In this document: piece after piece, positions 1 through 8,218 of the stretch
How the letters are laid out: every line of letters starts with the position of its first letter
Numbering within the stretch: the first letter of the stretch is position 1
Assembly: GCA_043822705.1 (NCBI GenBank)
Contig: JBDRBK010000085.1
Coordinates: 1-27,162 of the forward strand
Length of the DNA: 27,162 nucleotides
Direction: 5' to 3'
DNA from: Fidelibacterota bacterium
Lineage (GTDB): Bacteria > Fidelibacterota > Marinisomatia > Marinisomatales > TCS56
Program-made: the position numbers and the translations under genes
Notes under the pieces: model-generated
Databases searched by the model: none
Told to the model about the DNA's origin: nothing
The model's input: only the letters and a program-made list of their open reading frames with translations

Positions 1-1
1 T

Positions 2-1153
2 CTCGCCGAGAAGAAGCTGCTGCCGCAGGGTGATGTGGAAATCCTGATCAATGACGATAAAGAAAAAAGCGTTAAAGTGCGGCCCGGTTCGACCTTGTTG
101 TCAGCCTTGGCCGGACATAAAATTTTCATCCCGTCGGCCTGTGGCGGTGGCGGCACCTGCGCCCAGTGCAAGTGCCAGGTGCTGGAAGGCGGCGGCGACA
201 TCCTGCCGACCGAAACCGGACATATCAACCGGACCGAGGCCAAGAACCACTACCGGCTGGCCTGCCAGGTCAAGATCAAACAGGACCTGAAAATCCATAT
301 TCCCGATGAAATCTTCAATATCAAGAAGTGGGAGTGCACGGTCCGGTCCAACGATAATGTGGCCACGTTTATCAAGGAACTGGTACTGGAACTGCCGCCC
401 GGTGAAAATCTGGATTTCCGTGCCGGTGGTTTTATCCAGATCGATATACCCCGTTACGAGTTGGATTATCGTGAATTTGACGTCGCCCCCGAATACCGCG
501 GCGACTGGGATAAGTACAATATGTGGCGCTACCATGCCAAAAACGATGATGAATTGTTCCGCGCCTACAGTATGGCCAACCACCCGGCCGAAGGCAATAT
601 CGTCATGCTGAACGTGCGGATCGCTTCGCCGCCGCCGAATCTGCCGGATGTGCCGCCGGGCATCGCCTCGTCCTATATCTTCAATCTGAAACCGGGCGAT
701 AAGGTGTTCGTCTCCGGACCTTACGGCGAATTCTTTGCCAAGGAAACCGACCGGGAAATGATGTATATCGGTGGTGGCGCCGGCATGGCGCCGATGCGCA
801 GCCATATTTTCGATCTTTTTAATACCAAACGCACGACGCGCCCGGTGACCTTCTGGTACGGCGCCCGCTCGCGACGGGAAATGTTCTATGACGAAGATTT
901 TAAGACGATCGCGGCGGAATTCCCCAACTTCAGTTACAATGTGGCCTTGTCGGAACCGCTGCCGGAGGATAACTGGGACGGTCCCGTCGGTTTCATCCAC
1001 CAGGTGGTTTATGACAATTACCTCAGCAAGCATGAGGATCCGACCGAGATCGAGTACTACATGTGCGGACCACCGATGATGATCAGCGCCGTCGACAAAA
1101 TGCTCTATGATCAGGGCGTCGACCGCGACATGATCGCCTATGACGAATTCTAA
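2..1153 (+). CDS. nqrF: Na(+)-translocating NADH:quinone oxidoreductase subunit F (5'-truncated by window edge)
   Basis: Frame is open from base 2 ([18 protein letters not shown]). 2Fe-2S motif [12 protein letters not shown]...RLACQ, FAD-binding RAYSMAN, NAD-binding [21 protein letters not shown] and C-terminal aromatic (YDEF). Followed by apbE as in nqr operons. Confidence 0.97.
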   Translation, partial: LAEKKLLPQGDVEILINDDKEKSVKVRPGSTLLSALAGHKIFIPSACGGGGTCAQCKCQVLEGGGDILPTETGHINRTEAKNHYRLACQVKIKQDLKIHIPDEIFNIKKWECTVRSNDNVATFIKELVLELPPGENLDFRAGGFIQIDIPRYELDYREFDVAPEYRGDWDKYNMWRYHAKNDDELFRAYSMANHPAEGNIVMLNVRIASPPPNLPDVPPGIASSYIFNLKPGDKVFVSGPYGEFFAKETDREMMYIGGGAGMAPMRSHIFDLFNTKRTTRPVTFWYGARSRREMFYDEDFKTIAAEFPNFSYNVALSEPLPEDNWDGPVGFIHQVVYDNYLSKHEDPTEIEYYMCGPPMMISAVDKMLYDQGVDRDMIAYDEF

Positions 1154-1156
1154 AGG

Positions 1157-2221
1157 TTGGCGGCGGTGAGCGGATATTTCAGACGGAAAGCCCTGGCATC
1201 AGCGGGCTTTCCGTTTTTATTAATCGGTACGATATTTTTCACAGCCTGTGAAAAACCAGCCCGGGAACTGGCCCTGGCCGGCCGCACGATGGGAACGACT
1301 TATTCCATCAAACTGGTGTATCGCGGACCGGCGCCGGATGCCGGAGTCATTCAGCGTGGCGTTGACAGTCTGCTGGCAACTGTCAATAGTCAGATGTCGA
1401 CCTGGGATCCCAACAGTGAAATCTCCCGCTTCAATCGCCTGACAACCGACGAGTTATTCCCGATTTCTGATGAATTTGACCGAGTGATCGATCAGTCCCT
1501 GGCGATCGCCAAACTAACGGACGGCGCTTTCGATATCACTGTCGGACCACTGATCGACCTGTGGGGCTTCGGGGCAGGGGCGAAACGGGGCAAGACCGAT
1601 CCACCGAGACAGGAGGAAATCGTCGCTACTCTGGATCGGATCGGCTACCGCAAGATCGGCATCCGGCACCAGTCGCTGGTGAAACTCAATCCGAATATCC
1701 ACCTCGATCTGAGCGCGATTGCCAAGGGTTATGGTGTGGATGCCGTCTCCGACTGGCTGGCCGCCCGGGGATTCGTTAATTACCTGGTGGAAATCGGTGG
1801 TGAGGTGTACTGCCGCGGACTGAATTTATATAGTGCGCCCTGGCAGATCGGGATCGACACGCCCAATCTGGACGCCTTCCCCGGCGAAAGACTGCAAGCA
1901 ATTGCCGATTTGTCCGATATGGGCATGGCGACTTCCGGCGACTACCGGAATTATTTTCTGTACGAGGGAAAACTGTATTCCCATATCATCGACCCGCGCA
2001 CCGGGTACCCGGTCGAGACCAGCGTCGCCTCGGCGACCGTGGTGGCGCCGCGCTGCATGGACGCGGACGGCTATGCCACCAGCCTGCTGGTATTGGGCGA
2101 GCACCAGGGGCTGGCATTAATCGAATCTCTGGCAGGGGTGGAAGCGCTGTTGATTATCCGTGAAGGTGAAAATCGATTCCGGACGGTGAAAAGCAGCGGT
2201 ATGCGCGTGCGGGAGGAATAG
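1157..2221 (+). CDS. apbE: FAD:protein FMN transferase ApbE, lipoprotein (start TTG 1157 or GTG 1166)
   Basis: GRTMGTTY, SEISRFN, GAFDITVGPL..LWGFG, DLSAIAKGYGVD, VEIGGE, ATSGDYRNY, HIIDPRTG, ADGYAT motifs. Lipobox FTAC after a hydrophobic stretch. Confidence 0.96.
   Translation: MAAVSGYFRRKALASAGFPFLLIGTIFFTACEKPARELALAGRTMGTTYSIKLVYRGPAPDAGVIQRGVDSLLATVNSQMSTWDPNSEISRFNRLTTDELFPISDEFDRVIDQSLAIAKLTDGAFDITVGPLIDLWGFGAGAKRGKTDPPRQEEIVATLDRIGYRKIGIRHQSLVKLNPNIHLDLSAIAKGYGVDAVSDWLAARGFVNYLVEIGGEVYCRGLNLYSAPWQIGIDTPNLDAFPGERLQAIADLSDMGMATSGDYRNYFLYEGKLYSHIIDPRTGYPVETSVASATVVAPRCMDADGYATSLLVLGEHQGLALIESLAGVEALLIIREGENRFRTVKSSGMRVREE
1183..1218 (+). terminator. Rho-independent terminator-like hairpin after nqrF, lying inside the apbE 5' coding region
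   Basis: Perfect 11-bp stem ACGGAAAGCCC (1183-1193) / GGGCTTTCCGT (1204-1214), followed by TTTT and an AT-rich tail, 30 nt after the nqrF stop. Confidence 0.7.
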
Positions 2222-2232
2222 GCCGGAGTAAA

Positions 2233-2260
2233 TAGCGAAGAGCAGAGAGCAGAGAGTATA
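2233..2260. repeat. Short degenerate 7-mer tandem repeat
   Basis: TAGCGAA GAGCAGA GAGCAGA GAGTATA just downstream of the apbE stop. Confidence 0.4.
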
Positions 2261-2372
2261 CCTCGTAATTGCTTAGTCAATCGGTCTGAATAGGGGTGAT
2301 TATTCGAAAAACCTGATGTGATATATTCTAACCAATCCTCTATGTAATCCGCGTTCTTAGCGGTGAAGAAAT

Positions 2373-2555
2373 TTATTTATTTTCGCATTTTTCCGCGTCG
2401 CCGCTGCAGGTGGCACAGGTGATGATTTCACCCTTGGCGGTGATGCGCTGACCGCCGCCGCAATGCCCGCGGATCGGTTCGCGCCTGAAAAACAAACCCA
2501 ACGACAGACCGGCCAACGCCAGCCCGAATATCAAAATAGTAATTACTATCTGCAT
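2373..2555 (-). CDS. nqrM: NqrM-like (DUF539) Na+-NQR maturation protein
   Basis: 60 aa: one N-terminal TM helix, then RREPIRGHCGGG (compare the NqrM pattern RKPIKGSCGG) and further Cys residues CATC...C. Adjacent to nqrF-apbE. Confidence 0.8.
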   Translation of the reverse strand: MQIVITILIFGLALAGLSLGLFFRREPIRGHCGGGQRITAKGEIITCATCSGDAEKCENK

Positions 2556-2759
2556 ATAGAAATTTAGGTCTGATAGCGAGCACTGTTCCAGTGATTATTG
2601 AGCGTTAGCCGGCGATGAAGTAAAATTCAGGCCAGGAATTACAGCGGCATTTTATCGCCGGCACAGTCGGTTTTTAGCTATCTTCGAATCGTCGGAATTA
2701 GTTACTTTCAGCGCCTGTATCCATGGTAAAAATATTAATTTTGACATAGGCGAATACGA

Positions 2760-4238
2760 ATGAAACTGAACCGAATATTTTGCTTGCTGGTACTTCTGCT
2801 GCTGGTGATCGCCCCCACTACTATAATGGCTGAAACCACCGGCGACGCCCATTCGGAAACGGTCGAACAGCAGTCGATGGAACATCATGCCGCACCGCAC
2901 CTGGATGGTGCCCGGCTTTCGATATTCTGGGCGATTCCGTTTATCGGTATTCTTCTGTCGATTGCTATTTTTCCTCTGGTGGCACCCCATTTCTGGCACC
3001 ATAATTTTGGCAAGGTATCAGCTTTCTGGGCGATTATCCTGATTATTCCGTTCCTGCGGTTTCAGGGACCGTCGATCACTGTTTATGAGCTGCTGCATGT
3101 ATCATTGCTGGAGTACATCCCGTTTATCGTGCTGCTGCTGGCTCTATTTACGGTTTCCGGCGGAATTCGCATGACCGGCCGACTGCAGGGATCACCGCTG
3201 GTTAACACCGGTATCATTCTGCTGGGTACGATCCTGGCCAGCTGGATGGGAACCACGGGTGCGGCCATGCTGTTGATCCGGCCGCTGATTCGGGCCAACA
3301 AATGGCGCCGGCAAAACGTGCATGTGATCGTGTTTTTCATTTTTCTGGTTGCCAATATCGGCGGATCGCTGACGCCGCTGGGTGATCCACCGCTGTTTCT
3401 CGGTTTTTTGAAAGGGGTCGATTTCTTCTGGACCACCACCAACATGCTGGCACCGATGGTAACTGCCGCGCTTATCCTGCTGGCGCTGTTCTGGCTGATC
3501 GACACCTATTTTTACCGTCAGGAAAAATTACCGGTCGAGCTGGCTGACTCCGGTTCCGAACGGCTGGGGCTGGAAGGTAAAGTCAATTTCCTGCTGTTGC
3601 TGGGTGTAATCGGCGCGGTCCTGCTGAGCGGGTTCTGGCATCCCGACGTTTCTTTTTCAGTCTACCATGTGCCGGTCGAACTCCAGAATTTGACCCGAGA
3701 TATCCTGCTGTTGTCGATCACCGTCGCCAGTTGGAAAATCACTGCCCGGGAAGTCCGCGTTGCCAATGAGTATTCCTGGTTCCCGATCCTGGAGGTTGCC
3801 AAGTTGTTCGCCGGAATCTTCATTACGATTATTCCCGCTATCGCGATCCTGAAGGCCGGGACCGCCGGTGCGCTGAGCGCAGTGATCAATTCCGTTTCCG
3901 ACAGTCAGGGCAATCCGGTTAATTACATGTATTTTTGGTCCACCGGTGTTCTATCCAGTTTTCTGGACAACGCGCCGACCTATCTGGTATTTTTCAATAC
4001 TGCCGGCGGTGATGCACACGCTCTGATGAGCGCTCATCGTGAAACGCTGCTGGCGATCTCGGCCGGGGCCGTGTTCATGGGGGCCAACACCTACATCGGT
4101 AATGCGCCCAATTTTATGGTGAAATCAATTTCCGAGGAATCCGGTATTGTCATGCCCAGTTTCTTCGGGTACATCTTCAAGTATTCGCTGCCGATTCTGA
4201 TTCCGTTGTTCATAATTATCAGTCTGGTTTTCTTTTAA
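2760..4238 (+). CDS. Ion-transporter (IT) superfamily permease, putative Na+/H+ antiporter or carboxylate transporter (CitMHS_2-like)
   Basis: Many TM helices with GTTGAAMLLIRP, VANIGGSLTPLGDPPLFLGF, LSSFLDNAPTY and GANTYIGNAPNFMVK motifs. Substrate cannot be assigned from sequence. Confidence 0.85.
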   Translation: MKLNRIFCLLVLLLLVIAPTTIMAETTGDAHSETVEQQSMEHHAAPHLDGARLSIFWAIPFIGILLSIAIFPLVAPHFWHHNFGKVSAFWAIILIIPFLRFQGPSITVYELLHVSLLEYIPFIVLLLALFTVSGGIRMTGRLQGSPLVNTGIILLGTILASWMGTTGAAMLLIRPLIRANKWRRQNVHVIVFFIFLVANIGGSLTPLGDPPLFLGFLKGVDFFWTTTNMLAPMVTAALILLALFWLIDTYFYRQEKLPVELADSGSERLGLEGKVNFLLLLGVIGAVLLSGFWHPDVSFSVYHVPVELQNLTRDILLLSITVASWKITAREVRVANEYSWFPILEVAKLFAGIFITIIPAIAILKAGTAGALSAVINSVSDSQGNPVNYMYFWSTGVLSSFLDNAPTYLVFFNTAGGDAHALMSAHRETLLAISAGAVFMGANTYIGNAPNFMVKSISEESGIVMPSFFGYIFKYSLPILIPLFIIISLVFF

Positions 4239-4789
4239 TGCGGATCAGCCGGGTCACTACCAAAACAGGCGACAGGGGCACCACCCGGCTGGGGAACGGC
4301 CAAGAGGTCGGCAAGGATCATCCGCGCATCCGCTGCCTGGGCGCCCTGGACGAATTGAATGCCCAGATCGGTCTGGCACTGGCGGCGTCGAATGCTGCTG
4401 ATACCAACACTGATCTGACCGGAATTCAGAATGATCTTTTAAATATCGGCGGCGAGCTGGCCCTGGTCGAACAGGCGCCGCAATTATTATCCGCCGACAG
4501 GGTGCGGTTTCTGGAACAGCGGCTGGAGGAAATGAATGCCCAATTGCCACCTTTGAAGGAATTCCTGTTGCCAGGCGGATCGGAATTTGCGGCCCGCCTG
4601 CAAGTCGCCCGTACGGTATGTCGCCGAGCGGAATGCGAACTGGTGGCGCTGTCCGGCCGGGAAACGGTGGCCGGCGATGTCCTGCAATATATTAACCGGC
4701 TGTCGGATTATCTGTTTGTGCTGGCGCGCTACAGCCAGCACCAATCCGGTGGCGGCGAAATTCTTTGGGAACATCCGCAGACCGATTGA
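4238..4789 (+). CDS. pduO: PduO-type ATP:cob(I)alamin adenosyltransferase
   Basis: TKTGDRGTT, GALDELNAQIG, FLLPGG, ARTVCRRAE and YINRLSDYLFVLAR motifs. TAATG overlap with the upstream permease. Confidence 0.93.
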   Translation: MRISRVTTKTGDRGTTRLGNGQEVGKDHPRIRCLGALDELNAQIGLALAASNAADTNTDLTGIQNDLLNIGGELALVEQAPQLLSADRVRFLEQRLEEMNAQLPPLKEFLLPGGSEFAARLQVARTVCRRAECELVALSGRETVAGDVLQYINRLSDYLFVLARYSQHQSGGGEILWEHPQTD

Positions 4790-4892
4790 ATTACTAATCA
4801 GGCCATGATGGCGATGATCGGGTAAATCCGACTGACAGTCTTAGAAAATTAACCGGAAATGGGGTATATTTAATCCTTTTGGGCAGAGCAAG

Positions 4893-5897
4893 ATGATCGA
4901 TTTGAATAAAGTACATGAATTGATCGGTGGCGCCGGTCGTATTTTACTGACCACGCACGAAAATCCCGATGGTGACGGCCTGGGATGTCTCAGTGCCATG
5001 TACGATTATTTACTTAGTATAAAGAAGGAATGCCGGATTCTCTGTCCGTCGGAATTACCGACCGAATTCGAATTTCTTGTTCATGCCGATGCGATCCGGC
5101 AATACAATCCTGTTTCGGATGTTTCCTGGGTAAGCCGAGCCGACTTGGTTGTGGTTTTCGACGTAGGTGATTTCAACCGTTTGCGGGTCCTCGGCAATGC
5201 GATCCGGGAGCACTCGATCCCGACCGTCAATATCGATCACCATTTGCATGTAAATGAAAATCTGTTCACCTACAATCTGGTCGATCTGCAGACCGCCGCC
5301 ACCGGCGAGATTTTATTCGATTTTTTCAAACCGGTGGTCGGTGACCGGTTACCATTCGCAATTGCCGAGGGACTATATACCGCGGTAATGACCGATACCG
5401 GTTCGTTCCGTTACAGCAACACCAATATCCGCAGTCATGAAATCGCCGTCGAATGCATTAGGGCGGGCGTTCAGCCGCATAAAATTTACCAGCTTGTTTA
5501 TGAATCCCGCTCAGTCGGCAAGATGAAATTATTAGGATCGATCCTCAACAGCCTGAAATTCGAGTGCAACGGGCAACTGGCCTGGTTCAGCATCGATCAC
5601 CGGATGTTGGCCGAGGCGGCAGCCAGTCCGTCGGACGTGGACGGTTTTACCGATTTCATCCGTTCGATAAAAGGGGTGGAAGTAGCCCTGATGATGTTTC
5701 AGAACGGATCCGATACCTGCCGTATCAATTTCAGGTCCAAGGGCAAATATCAAATTCATGGTGTCGCTACCCGGATGGGCGGCGGCGGGCATCCCTTTGC
5801 CGCCGGGGCTGTAATCAATGGCCAGCTGGCGACGGTCGTACCCCAGGTCGTGTCAGCCACAATTGCGACCATTAACCAGCAGGACGGCCGGGAATGA
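4893..5897 (+). CDS. nrnA: DHH/DHHA1 phosphoesterase (NrnA-like oligoribonuclease / pAp phosphatase)
   Basis: HENPDGDGLG, VVFD, NIDHH, TDTGSFRY, FRSK and GGGGHPFAAG motifs. Confidence 0.92.
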   Translation: MIDLNKVHELIGGAGRILLTTHENPDGDGLGCLSAMYDYLLSIKKECRILCPSELPTEFEFLVHADAIRQYNPVSDVSWVSRADLVVVFDVGDFNRLRVLGNAIREHSIPTVNIDHHLHVNENLFTYNLVDLQTAATGEILFDFFKPVVGDRLPFAIAEGLYTAVMTDTGSFRYSNTNIRSHEIAVECIRAGVQPHKIYQLVYESRSVGKMKLLGSILNSLKFECNGQLAWFSIDHRMLAEAAASPSDVDGFTDFIRSIKGVEVALMMFQNGSDTCRINFRSKGKYQIHGVATRMGGGGHPFAAGAVINGQLATVVPQVVSATIATINQQDGRE

Positions 5898-6757
5898 AAA
5901 TCATCGTTGCCAAAGATGCTGGTTACTGCTTCGGTGTGCGGGAAGCGGTTAGTACCGCTTTCAAGGCCGCCGGGGAATATGGCGAAGTATTCATGCTGGG
6001 CGATATCGTTCATAATGAGAATGTAGTCAACGATTTGGCCCAGGCTGGCGCGAAAGTAGTTACCACAGTGGATGACGTGCCCAAGGACAAACCGGTGCTT
6101 TTTCGGGCACATGGCACCGCCACTTCGGTATTGGCAAATGCTCAGGCCCGTGGAATGAAAATTATCGATGCCACTTGTCCGCTGGTCCGGGATATTCACG
6201 AGGAGGTCCGCCAACTGGCGCAGGATGGCTACCGCATTTTCATAATCGGCGATCACGGCCATGATGAAGTGATCGGGATTGCCAGCCAGGTCCCGGAAGC
6301 AACGGTCTTCGCCACGCCCGCGGAAGCCGGCGCCATCGGCAAAATCAAGCGGGCCGGAGTCGTCAGTCAATCGACCCAAACGATCGAGAATGTGCAGGAA
6401 ATCATTAATATTTTGATGAACAAGGTCCACGATCTGCGGTTTATCAATACGATTTGTTTTCCCACTACCCGCAATCAGGAGCAGATCAAGGAATTGGCTG
6501 CCACCTGTGAAGTGGTGGTCATTATCGGCAGCTTCACCAGTGCCAATTCCAAACGGCTGACACAACTGGCGCTGGAACGCAACCGGCATTCCTATCAGGT
6601 GACCGGTGCCGCCGATCTGAACCGGGAATGGTTTAAAAACATTGAAACAGTGGGTATCTCCGCCGGCGCTTCGACACCGGATTCCATCATTGCGGAGGTC
6701 ACCCGGGAAATTGAAAAAATTGCCAGTGAGCAAAATCAGGAAATCAATTATGGATAA
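5894..6757 (+). CDS. ispH: 4-hydroxy-3-methylbut-2-enyl diphosphate reductase
   Basis: Three Fe-S cysteines (GYCFGV, DATCPLV, NTICFPT) plus IVHN, RAHG, HDEV, SANS and GISAGASTP. Confidence 0.96.
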   Translation: MKIIVAKDAGYCFGVREAVSTAFKAAGEYGEVFMLGDIVHNENVVNDLAQAGAKVVTTVDDVPKDKPVLFRAHGTATSVLANAQARGMKIIDATCPLVRDIHEEVRQLAQDGYRIFIIGDHGHDEVIGIASQVPEATVFATPAEAGAIGKIKRAGVVSQSTQTIENVQEIINILMNKVHDLRFINTICFPTTRNQEQIKELAATCEVVVIIGSFTSANSKRLTQLALERNRHSYQVTGAADLNREWFKNIETVGISAGASTPDSIIAEVTREIEKIASEQNQEINYG

Positions 6758-7631
6758 AGGATCTTTTGAAGTAAAAGTCGGTCTGGCCGAGATGCTAAAA
6801 GGCGGCGTAATCATGGATGTGACCACCCCGGAACAGGCCAAAATCGCCGAAGATGCCGGCGCCGTCGCCGTGATGGCGCTGGAACGGATTCCGGCGGAAA
6901 TCCGCAAAGACGGCGGCATCGCCCGCATGAGCGATCCGCTGATGATCAGGGGTATTCAGGATCTGGTGTCGATCCCGGTGATGGCCAAATGCCGGATCGG
7001 ACACTTCGCCGAGGCCCAGATATTGGAAGCGCTGGAAGTGGACTTCATCGACGAGAGCGAAGTCCTGACCCCGGCCGACGAAAGCAATCACATCTGGAAA
7101 CATGATTTTACAGTGCCCTTCGTTTGCGGTTGCCGGAATTTAGGTGAAGCGCTCCGGCGGATCGGCGAAGGGGCGGCGATGATCCGTACCAAAGGTGAGG
7201 CCGGCAGTGGCAATATCGTCGAAGCCGTACGCCACATGCGCCAGGTACAAAGCGAAATCAAGGCCCTAACCGTCATGGGAATTGAAGAATTGATGGCCCG
7301 CGCCAAGGAGCTGGGTGCACCCTTCCACTTGGTGCAGCAGGTCGCCCAGACGGGCAAACTGCCGGTGCCGAATTTTGCCGCCGGCGGCGTCGCCACCCCG
7401 GCCGACGCCTCACTGATGATGCAATTAGGCGCCGAGACGGTTTTCGTCGGGTCCGGTATCTTTATGAGCGAAGATCCGGCCCACCGGGCCAAGGCGATTG
7501 TCGAAGCGGTCGCTTATTACGACGATCCTAAAAAACTGGCGGAAATATCCACCGGTTTGAAAAAGGCCATGAAGGGACTGGATATCGCCGAAATTCCACC
7601 GGAACAGCGATTGCAGGAGCGCGGCTGGTAG
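6750..7631 (+). CDS. pdxS: Pyridoxal 5'-phosphate synthase lyase subunit
   Basis: [52 protein letters not shown]-terminal LQERGW. Likely start is ATG 6750 (AGGA upstream), not the ORF-track start at 6642. Confidence 0.97.
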   Translation: MDKGSFEVKVGLAEMLKGGVIMDVTTPEQAKIAEDAGAVAVMALERIPAEIRKDGGIARMSDPLMIRGIQDLVSIPVMAKCRIGHFAEAQILEALEVDFIDESEVLTPADESNHIWKHDFTVPFVCGCRNLGEALRRIGEGAAMIRTKGEAGSGNIVEAVRHMRQVQSEIKALTVMGIEELMARAKELGAPFHLVQQVAQTGKLPVPNFAAGGVATPADASLMMQLGAETVFVGSGIFMSEDPAHRAKAIVEAVAYYDDPKKLAEISTGLKKAMKGLDIAEIPPEQRLQERGW

Positions 7632-8218
7632 TGGAAATCGGTATCCTGGGTCTCCAGGGAGATTTCGCCAAACATCGTGATCTGGTCGAACGGCTGGGTC
7701 TTAATCCCCGGGTGGTGCGCTACCCCGCGGAACTGGATCAAATCCAGGGGCTGGTCATACCCGGGGGGGAATCGACCACCATGACCAAGCTGTTTGAGGC
7801 GATGGGCTTCCATGCGCCGCTACGGGAATTCGCAGCCAGTTATCCGATTCTGGGGACCTGCGCCGGACTGATCATGATGGGGCGAGCGGGGGTCGATCCC
7901 CGCGTCAAAGCGTTGGATATTCTGGATGTCTCCGTCGCCCGGAATGCTTTCGGGCGGCAGGTCCATTCGTTTGTTGACAGTCTGGAAGTAGTCACTGGCA
8001 ATGGATTCGAGAAAATCCCTGCCACCTTCATCCGGGCGCCGCAGATTCTGGCGGTGGGACCTACGGTGACGGTCCTCGCCAGTTTCGCCGGACAACCGGT
8101 GGCCGTCCGGCAGGGACGGCATCTGGGGTTGACATTTCATCCCGAGCTGAATGATATCTCTTTATTTCACCGAATGGCCTTTTTGCCGGATAGTCCGGTT
8201 CACAGCGGAAGCGAATGA
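7631..8218 (+). CDS. pdxT: Pyridoxal 5'-phosphate synthase glutaminase subunit
   Basis: LGLQGDF, PGGESTT, GTCAG (catalytic Cys), RNAFGRQ, FIRAP, FHPEL. Confidence 0.97.
   Translation: MEIGILGLQGDFAKHRDLVERLGLNPRVVRYPAELDQIQGLVIPGGESTTMTKLFEAMGFHAPLREFAASYPILGTCAGLIMMGRAGVDPRVKALDILDVSVARNAFGRQVHSFVDSLEVVTGNGFEKIPATFIRAPQILAVGPTVTVLASFAGQPVAVRQGRHLGLTFHPELNDISLFHRMAFLPDSPVHSGSE

Noticed and set aside
101..1033. 310-aa minus-strand ORF
   Set aside because: Antisense shadow of nqrF.
2611..2640. GGCGATGAAG resembling the start of a fluoride riboswitch
   Set aside because: Lacks the following GTTCGCC-type pairing and the downstream GCTGATGAC motif.
6642..6749. N-terminal extension of PdxS in the ORF track (likewise the extensions of ccmB 16933, ccmC 17580 and MBL 19518)
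   Set aside because: The extensions overlap upstream genes. Downstream ATGs with an RBS or stop/start coupling fit the family lengths better.
5756..6928. 390-aa minus-strand ORF
   Set aside because: Lies antisense to nrnA/ispH/pdxS, which are strongly supported. No domain signal.
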